Shown here: in pieces, positions 58,036 through 64,000 of the stretch
How positions within the stretch are numbered: the first letter of the stretch is position 1
How the letters are laid out: every line of letters starts with the position of its first letter
Source: Candidatus Hydrogenedentota bacterium
Lineage (GTDB): Bacteria; Hydrogenedentota; Hydrogenedentia; Hydrogenedentales; SLHB01
Direction of reading: 5' to 3'
Assembly (NCBI GenBank): GCA_045863335.1
Contig: BTVY01000003.1
Span: 1 to 64,000 of the forward strand
DNA: 64,000 nucleotides
The notes under the pieces: generated by a model
Told to the model about the DNA's origin: nothing
Databases searched by the model: none
Seen by the model: the letters and a program-made list of their open reading frames with translations, nothing else
Translations under genes and position numbers: made by a program

Positions 58036-59126
58036 GTCTCTTGAAGCAGCTTCTCGAACGGGCCACGGAGAAAGGCGCGTCGGATATCCACATCAAGACG
58101 GATTCCACGCCCTACTTTCGGATCGACGGGGAGTTGGTGCCGCGTAAGCGAGTCCTCACAAAGGAGAACATCGAAGAATTGCTGGGGGAACTGCTGAACG
58201 AAACCCAGCGGCAAGTGTTTGAGAAGCAACACGAATACGATCTCGCCCATTCCGATCCCGATTTCGGCCGGTTCCGCGTGAACGTCTTCTATCAGCGTGG
58301 CACCGTGTCTCTGGTCATGCGGCACATCAAGTCCCACATCCCGGATTTCGAAGACCTGCATCTCCCCATGGCAGCCGAACGTTTTGCGCTGATGGTGCGT
58401 GGCCTCGTATTGATTACGGGGACAACCGGCAGCGGGAAATCGACGTCCCTCGCGGCCATCATCGACTACATCAACGAGCGGCGAAAGTGTCACATCGTCA
58501 CCATTGAAGACCCCATCGAATACACGCACATGGACAAGAAGGCCGTCGTCAACCAGCGCGAGATCAAGATCGACACGGACAGTTTTCCCCAAGCGCTGAA
58601 ATCTGTCATGCGCCAGGACCCCGACGTGATCCTGGTCGGCGAGATGCGCGATCTCGAGACCTTCCAGGCCGCCATCAGCGCGTCGGAAACCGGGCACCTC
58701 GTTTTCAGCACGTTGCACACGGCCAACGCCATGCAGACCGTCGACCGCATAGTCGACTTGTTCCCCAGCGACCAGCAGGATCAGGTGCGTTCGCAGCTTG
58801 CGTTGAACCTCAAGGGGATCATGTGTCAGCGGCTCTTGCCCCGCGCCTCCGGGAGCGGTCGCGTGCCGGCCTGCGAAGTGCTGATCAACACGCCCGCCGT
58901 CTCGAAGTTGATCAAGGAAAACCGACTCGGCAAGATCCCCCTTGCCATCCAGGCCGGCCGGGAAGAAGGCATGCTCTCCTTCAACGACAGCCTCTACTCC
59001 CTCCTCAAAGGCAAGCTCATCTCCCTGGAAACCGCCATGGAAATCTCCGACAACCCCGCCGAACTCAACCTCATGCTCCAAGGCATCCGCCTCGGCCAAA
59101 TGCAAGGCGGAATTCTCGGCGAGTAG
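58032..59126 (+). CDS. PilT/PilU-family type IV pilus retraction ATPase
   Basis: ASDIH, RFRVN, GTTGSGKST, EDPIE, RQDPDVILVGEMRD, GHLVFSTLH; the AIRNLIRE equivalent is AVSKLIKE. Confidence 0.93.
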   Translation: MSLLKQLLERATEKGASDIHIKTDSTPYFRIDGELVPRKRVLTKENIEELLGELLNETQRQVFEKQHEYDLAHSDPDFGRFRVNVFYQRGTVSLVMRHIKSHIPDFEDLHLPMAAERFALMVRGLVLITGTTGSGKSTSLAAIIDYINERRKCHIVTIEDPIEYTHMDKKAVVNQREIKIDTDSFPQALKSVMRQDPDVILVGEMRDLETFQAAISASETGHLVFSTLHTANAMQTVDRIVDLFPSDQQDQVRSQLALNLKGIMCQRLLPRASGSGRVPACEVLINTPAVSKLIKENRLGKIPLAIQAGREEGMLSFNDSLYSLLKGKLISLETAMEISDNPAELNLMLQGIRLGQMQGGILGE

Positions 59127-59168
59127 GTCCCAGTGCTGCGTTTCCGTGGGGGATGGTACCGGTGCTTT

Positions 59169-59969
59169 CTACTCACCAAGGTGAATCTTCGCCATCATGG
59201 GACGTGCGAGGATTGCGCGGAGTTTGCGTGGGAGAAAGCGAATGATCGTGTCCGCCGCGGTCATCAGGAAAGGCCCCGTCGTTGGTTTCTTGCCTAACTT
59301 CCGCAGTGTGAGTTCGACGATGTCTTCGGGGCGATTGGCCATGCGGTGGCGGGCGTCGGATTCTTCCTGCGTGAAGCCTTGCGCGGTGAGGAATTCCGTT
59401 TTCGTGGCCTGTGGACACAAGGTGATCACGTCGATTCCCGAGCCGCGGTATTCGCTGTACAGCGCTTCGCCCAAATGCAGATCGAATGCCTTTGTCGCGG
59501 CGTACACAGATTCGTAGGGGCAGGTCACGATGCCGAGCACGGACGACACCATAATCACCGCGCCGCGTTTCCGCTCGACCATGGCGGGGATAAACGCGCG
59601 CGTCAACAGCACCGGCGCCGCGCAATTCAGTTGCACCATCGCCGCCAACCGCGCTGGGTCGCGCGACTCGAAGCGTCCCGCATGGCCGAGTCCCGCGTTG
59701 TTCACGAGAATCCCGATGGGGATGTCCGCGACCGCTTCGACTACCCGATCGACCGCGCTTGGCGCGGTGAGATCCTGTTCCACGCAACGGCATTCGACGC
59801 CGTGCTGATCCCGCAACTCCACGGCCAGCTCTTCCAACCGGTCCGCGCGCCGCGCCACCAGCACGCAGGAAACGCCCCGCGCCGCAATCGCCCGGGCAAA
59901 CTCCCGGCCAATCCCCGCCGACGCGCCGGTAATCAGCGCCCAGCCCTGGTAGACCTTCAGATTCGGCAT
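59169..59969 (-). CDS. SDR family oxidoreductase
   Basis: TGASAGIG, NNAG, YAATK. Confidence 0.93.
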   Translation of the reverse strand: MPNLKVYQGWALITGASAGIGREFARAIAARGVSCVLVARRADRLEELAVELRDQHGVECRCVEQDLTAPSAVDRVVEAVADIPIGILVNNAGLGHAGRFESRDPARLAAMVQLNCAAPVLLTRAFIPAMVERKRGAVIMVSSVLGIVTCPYESVYAATKAFDLHLGEALYSEYRGSGIDVITLCPQATKTEFLTAQGFTQEESDARHRMANRPEDIVELTLRKLGKKPTTGPFLMTAADTIIRFLPRKLRAILARPMMAKIHLGE

Positions 59970-60087
59970 TTCGGTTCTCCTCGCTCGCTCGTTTCGCGTC
60001 ACGTCCAAGGATAGCACGGCACATGCGCGCGTTCGCACATCACCCTGCACCCGAGTTAAACGCGCGTAACGCAAGGTGGAAAGTGCA

Positions 60088-60140
60088 AGGAGCACAGGCG
60101 TCCCGCCTGTGTGCCTTCCACGGGCGAGACGCGCGTTCCC
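60088..60140. repeat. REP (GGCGTCCCGCC family)
   Basis: ggagcacaggcgtcccgcctgtg...cacgggcgagacgcgcgttccc. Confidence 0.7.
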
Positions 60141-60229
60141 CTTGGAATCCAAGTCTTTGAGGGTATCGCCGCTCAGGCGGCCTTACCGGACAACGGCGGA
60201 CCCTTGACGAAGTTGCTTGATGACTCTCA

Positions 60230-60703
60230 TCATTCGCGACTCACACTGCGCAGGTTCTCAAGCAGCGAATCGAGGGTTCGAATCACCTTGCGTTGAAACG
60301 AATAGGTCATTAACGGAGCGATGAAGATCCAGGGCACGACAGGCGCAAGAGCGAGCAGGAACGGCACATACCAGGGCTGGCCCGCGAATTCTCCCAACAA
60401 ACTGAAAATCACCGCGATAGCCAGTGCCAAGGCCGGCGGGAAGACGATGAGAAAGTTCCGGAGGCGGCGAACACCTCCCAACGCGGCGTCGACCGTAAGC
60501 ATGCCGCCCGCAATCATGAAGTCAGCGCGGCTCACCCCATGAAAGGGATTGTGGTTGTTTCGGAGCAGCTTTTCGCCTCTGGCCTCGAATTGATGTCCGG
60601 AAACGGGAGAGACGTCGAAACCTTGTTGAATGAACGTGTTTCGCGCCTGGTCCAGCACTTTTCGCCCGTCTCCTGTGATGGGGACTGTCTTTTTGTAATC
60701 CAT
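60230..60703 (-). CDS. Hypothetical 2-TM membrane protein
   Basis: 157 aa, gagggg RBS, follows the Arc-like gene. Confidence 0.7.
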   Translation of the reverse strand: MDYKKTVPITGDGRKVLDQARNTFIQQGFDVSPVSGHQFEARGEKLLRNNHNPFHGVSRADFMIAGGMLTVDAALGGVRRLRNFLIVFPPALALAIAVIFSLLGEFAGQPWYVPFLLALAPVVPWIFIAPLMTYSFQRKVIRTLDSLLENLRSVSRE

Positions 60704-60721
60704 GGCGATTCCCCCTCGACC

Positions 60722-60898
60722 TTACTGGCTTGAATCCTCTTCGTCGTACACGATGTCTTTGCGGCGTTTCTTCACCGCTTCCCGTAGCAGGTATTCCACC
60801 TGCGCGTTCAAACTGCGCAGATCGTCCTTGGCCCAACGGTTGAGTTCATCAACCAGTTGGGGCGGCAATCTCAGGAGCAGTGATTTCCGTTGAGCCAA
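60722..60898 (-). CDS. Arc/ribbon-helix-helix DNA-binding protein
   Basis: KSLLLRLPPQL...WAKDDLRSLNAQVEYLL; TTG start. Confidence 0.85.
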   Translation of the reverse strand: MAQRKSLLLRLPPQLVDELNRWAKDDLRSLNAQVEYLLREAVKKRRKDIVYDEEDSSQ

Positions 60899-60965
60899 GA
60901 CGTTGCCTCGTTCAATTCCGGTTCCCGCGGCGCGGGTTTCTATCGCGACGCCACTTTCGAATGAA

Positions 60966-61126
60966 GAACATCCCCCTTGATCCCCCTTCGAAGGGGGAGT
61001 TGCCCGGCGCGAGTTCGCACTGGTGAGCAATATGGCTATCCCGATGCGAAGTCGCTGGTCTTTCTACCGCAACGCAACGCGTTGCGCGTAATTCCCCCTT
61101 TGAACGGGGACTCAGGGAGATGTTCT
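60966..61126. repeat. Inverted pair of CCCCCTTCAAAGGGGG-type REPs (MITE-like)
   Basis: Left copy 60966-60998, right copy 61091-61126. Confidence 0.8.
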
Positions 61127-61175
61127 TCCGGCTATCACTCATTGCTTGCGGATCCGTTCGTCAATCTCAGGACGA

Positions 61176-62048
61176 TTACGTATACAGCGTGCCCGTGTTT
61201 ACGATGGGCTGGGCCGGCTGATGGCCGCACAATACGACCAGCAGATTGCTGACCATCGCCGTTTTCCGTTCCCCATCTAACTCGATCTTGCCGTATGCTT
61301 CCAACTTATCCAGCGCCATCTCCACCATGCCAACAGCGCCTTCCACGATTCGTGCTCGTGCCGCGACCACCGCGTCCGCCTGTTGCCGCTGCAACATGGC
61401 GCCGGCGATTTCCGCCGCATAGGCGAGATGATTCAGGCGCGCCTCTTCCACCTGCACGCCCGCTTTTGCGACGCGGTCCTGCACTTCACGCTGAAGCGCC
61501 TCGCTCACTTCATCGGGACTGCCCCGCAGCGACAAGATGTCATCGTCAAACGTATCGTATGGATACGACATGGCGAGGTGACGCAGGGCTGCCTCGCTCT
61601 GAACCGATACGAAGTGGTCATAATGGTCCACATCAAACACGGCCTTGGCCGAATCCTGCACGCGCCATACGACGACGGCGGATATATCGATTGGATTCCC
61701 GCGCAGATCGTTCACCTTCGTGGTACCGCCATCAAAATTGCGCCAACGCAGGGACACCTTGAGCTTGTTGAAGAGCGGGTTCGCCCACTTGAAACCTTCA
61801 GTTCGCACGGTGCCTTTGTAGTCGCCGAACAAGACCAGCACGGCGGCCTCGTTTGGCTGGAGCGTGAAGAAGCCGCAGGCTACAAAGATCCAAAGAGCGA
61901 CCCCAAACGCCAATACGATCACAAGCCCCACATTCTCGTTCATGACCGCCAGGACGAGTCCGGCCAACAAGGCAAGACCCGCGACGATGACGATGCCCAG
62001 CATCATCCATCCACTGGCGACCGCGACTTCCTTCTCGTGAGTAACCAT
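61176..62048 (-). CDS. SPFH/band 7 domain membrane protein
   Basis: [45 protein letters not shown]. Confidence 0.92.
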   Translation of the reverse strand: MVTHEKEVAVASGWMMLGIVIVAGLALLAGLVLAVMNENVGLVIVLAFGVALWIFVACGFFTLQPNEAAVLVLFGDYKGTVRTEGFKWANPLFNKLKVSLRWRNFDGGTTKVNDLRGNPIDISAVVVWRVQDSAKAVFDVDHYDHFVSVQSEAALRHLAMSYPYDTFDDDILSLRGSPDEVSEALQREVQDRVAKAGVQVEEARLNHLAYAAEIAGAMLQRQQADAVVAARARIVEGAVGMVEMALDKLEAYGKIELDGERKTAMVSNLLVVLCGHQPAQPIVNTGTLYT

Positions 62049-62070
62049 CGCGCAACCCTCCTATCAATGC

Positions 62071-62108
62071 GATATCAAAATGATATCACCTGGGGCTCAG
62101 GGTGTCAA
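62071..62108 (-). promoter_or_regulatory. Sigma70 promoter with GATATC-N5-GATATC putative operator
   Basis: Minus strand TTGACA, 17 nt, TATCAT; gatatcaaaatgatatc (62071-87) overlaps the -10 and probable TSS. Confidence 0.75.
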
Positions 62109-62133
62109 TGGGAATCTTGGAGTATCTAAACTA

Positions 62134-63099
62134 TTATCCCGTAAGAATTTGCATGTCGGACGCATCCAGCTTTACAGCGAGGCTGCCCAGCGCTTCACGG
62201 ACGCGGTCCGTCTTGCTGCTCCCGATGATCGGATAGACTGGGAACGGTTGGTGGAGTAAATACGCCAGCGCAATCTGGTTCGTCGTGCATCCCTTCATTT
62301 GTGCCAGGCTGCGCGCGGCGAGCAGACGTTTCCTGCTCTCCGCCGAGTCGTACTCGGCGCCATAGGGGACGGGTCCGGAGAAGCCGAGTCGCGCCCACGT
62401 CGCATTCTCCTCGCTGAAGTAGCCCTTCGCCTGGGCTGTGTACGCGGCCATGGGAAAGCCGGTCTTGCGGTGCCACGCCACTCCGGCCTCATTCAGGAAC
62501 ATCATGCCCGGGACGGGAGGTTCCGGCGATGCGCGGTACGCGAGCGCCCAACCCGGTTGACTCGCGACGAAGCGTGGCAGTCCGTGGGTGTCGGCGTAGG
62601 CATTGGCGGCCTCCAACCGTTCCGCCGTCCAATTCGATCCGCCGAAGGATCGAATGCGACCGTCGCCTGCGAATTTGACTAGCGTATCGACAATTTTCCC
62701 CACGGGTCGCGCCGGATCATCCCGGTGCAGCCAGTATACATCCACGCACTCTACACCCAACCGATCGAGGCTCTCAGTTAGATCGCGATCCAGATCGTCG
62801 CGACCACAGCGCCCTTGGTCGATATCGTCCAAGGGAGGATGACCACCCTTCGTTGCAAGGACGATGCGGTCCCTGCATCCGCGGGCCCTGAGCCATTCGC
62901 CCACCGTCCGTTCGCTCGCGCCCCAGAATCCCTCGCGCCAGGCCGCGTAGATATGCGCCGTGTCGATGAAGTTGCCTCCAGCCTCCAGGAAGGCATCCAT
63001 TACCTCGAAGGAAGTCTCTTTCGGAATGTCCGATCCAAAGGTGGCCGTGCCTAGACAAATGCGTGACGGTTCGATGGGAGTTCGAAGAATCGTGTCCAT
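62134..63099 (-). CDS. Aldo/keto reductase
   Basis: CLGTA, FIDTAHIY, LATKGGH, YWLHRD. Confidence 0.92.
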   Translation of the reverse strand: MDTILRTPIEPSRICLGTATFGSDIPKETSFEVMDAFLEAGGNFIDTAHIYAAWREGFWGASERTVGEWLRARGCRDRIVLATKGGHPPLDDIDQGRCGRDDLDRDLTESLDRLGVECVDVYWLHRDDPARPVGKIVDTLVKFAGDGRIRSFGGSNWTAERLEAANAYADTHGLPRFVASQPGWALAYRASPEPPVPGMMFLNEAGVAWHRKTGFPMAAYTAQAKGYFSEENATWARLGFSGPVPYGAEYDSAESRKRLLAARSLAQMKGCTTNQIALAYLLHQPFPVYPIIGSSKTDRVREALGSLAVKLDASDMQILTG

Positions 63100-63205
63100 G
63101 CTCGCAGTATCCTCATAAGTGTTTTCACCTATCGTACGGGCGGTCGGACCTTTGATACAATTACGGAAAGTCAGCACAATGTTTCCCCGAACCGGAGTAA
63201 ATACC

Positions 63206-64000
63206 TTGCCACTTCGCAGCAAAACCGAGTTTGTCCCCGTAGAAATGAGCCTGGTCGACCTTCTCGGTCGCGGCTATGTGGATGCCGTCTGCGCCGCCCG
63301 CGCGCGTTTGACCGGCGAAAATGCACAACGTCTGAGCGAGCAGGCCGCGTGTCCAGTAGATTTCTATCCACGTTCCATGCAGCGCGCCATGCAGGCGCTG
63401 CTGCCGAACGTGGGAAGCTCCTGGTCGAAATCCGCGAGAAACACCGCGTTGGGCGCTGGTTCAGCCGGCTTCGAGGCAAACAGTAAACGTAGCGCCGCGC
63501 CGTTGTCCGGCTATGGGGTCTATCGCATCGGCGAGGATGGACGATTGTATTTTCTCGCCAAGAGCGAACACTACCACGCGCCCTTCGGCCACGGGTTTCC
63601 CGGGTACCGGCTTGTGGATCAGGCTCGCTCGTTGGGAATTCCAAACGCCACGCATAACAACACCCGCGGTCATGTCACACGGACCTTGGAAGAGGAACTC
63701 ATTCGTGTTGCGGCGGGCATCGAACCGGGAAGCCGCTCTGCCGTTCGCCAACATATCGCGTCCAACCGTACCACGCGGCCGAACCGCGTGCTGAACCTGG
63801 AAACCGGCAGCCTGGCCGCGGAAGCCGCGCTCAAGATGATCCTGAGCCGGTTCTACAAGGCCCAATCGGATTCTCCGGAGCCGATTTACGAAGGCCGCGT
63901 GCCGGTCGTCGTGGTCCTCGGCGACGAAGAGGGGGGGATTCAGGCCAACTACCACGGCACGACGATCCTGACACAATGCATGCGCGGTATGTGGGGCGGC
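63206..64000 (+). CDS. Class III PLP aminotransferase-like protein, truncated by the window end (absent from the ORF track)
   Basis: Hand translation open from TTG 63206/ATG 63245: ...HYHAPFGH...LETGSLAAEAALK...NYHGTT. Confidence 0.75.
   Translation, partial: MPLRSKTEFVPVEMSLVDLLGRGYVDAVCAARARLTGENAQRLSEQAACPVDFYPRSMQRAMQALLPNVGSSWSKSARNTALGAGSAGFEANSKRSAAPLSGYGVYRIGEDGRLYFLAKSEHYHAPFGHGFPGYRLVDQARSLGIPNATHNNTRGHVTRTLEEELIRVAAGIEPGSRSAVRQHIASNRTTRPNRVLNLETGSLAAEAALKMILSRFYKAQSDSPEPIYEGRVPVVVVLGDEEGGIQANYHGTTILTQCMRGMWGG

Noticed and set aside
54457-59105. Long antisense ORFs opposite murC, ftsZ and pilT (and similar ones elsewhere)
   Set aside because: Expected shadow frames in high-GC coding DNA

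Overview
GC-rich bacterial chromosomal window. The gene and repeat repertoire is reminiscent of Hydrogenedentota/PVC-like environmental lineages, but this is an impression only. It holds about 50 CDS and no rRNA, tRNA, CRISPR array or transposase that I can see. Main blocks: a JAB/MPN-fused DinG helicase; an HTH-REC regulator plus hybrid kinase; a heterodimeric ABC exporter; a coupled 4-gene ArnT-like/GT2/DegT/methyltransferase locus; HicBA and MNT-HEPN toxin-antitoxin pairs; several carbohydrate-active-like unknowns; cls; an unusual murC-ftsQ-ftsZ-pilT/U operon lacking ftsA; and an SPFH-Arc operon with a likely operator. The most striking feature is a sigma70 promoter followed by two cobalamin riboswitches in tandem and an RBS-sequestering helix, upstream of a single pseudopilin-like (DUF1559/H-X9-DG-type) gene with no B12 transporter. 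Intergenic DNA carries at least six distinct REP/MITE-like or short tandem repeat families. All product calls come from motif recognition by eye, not database searches.
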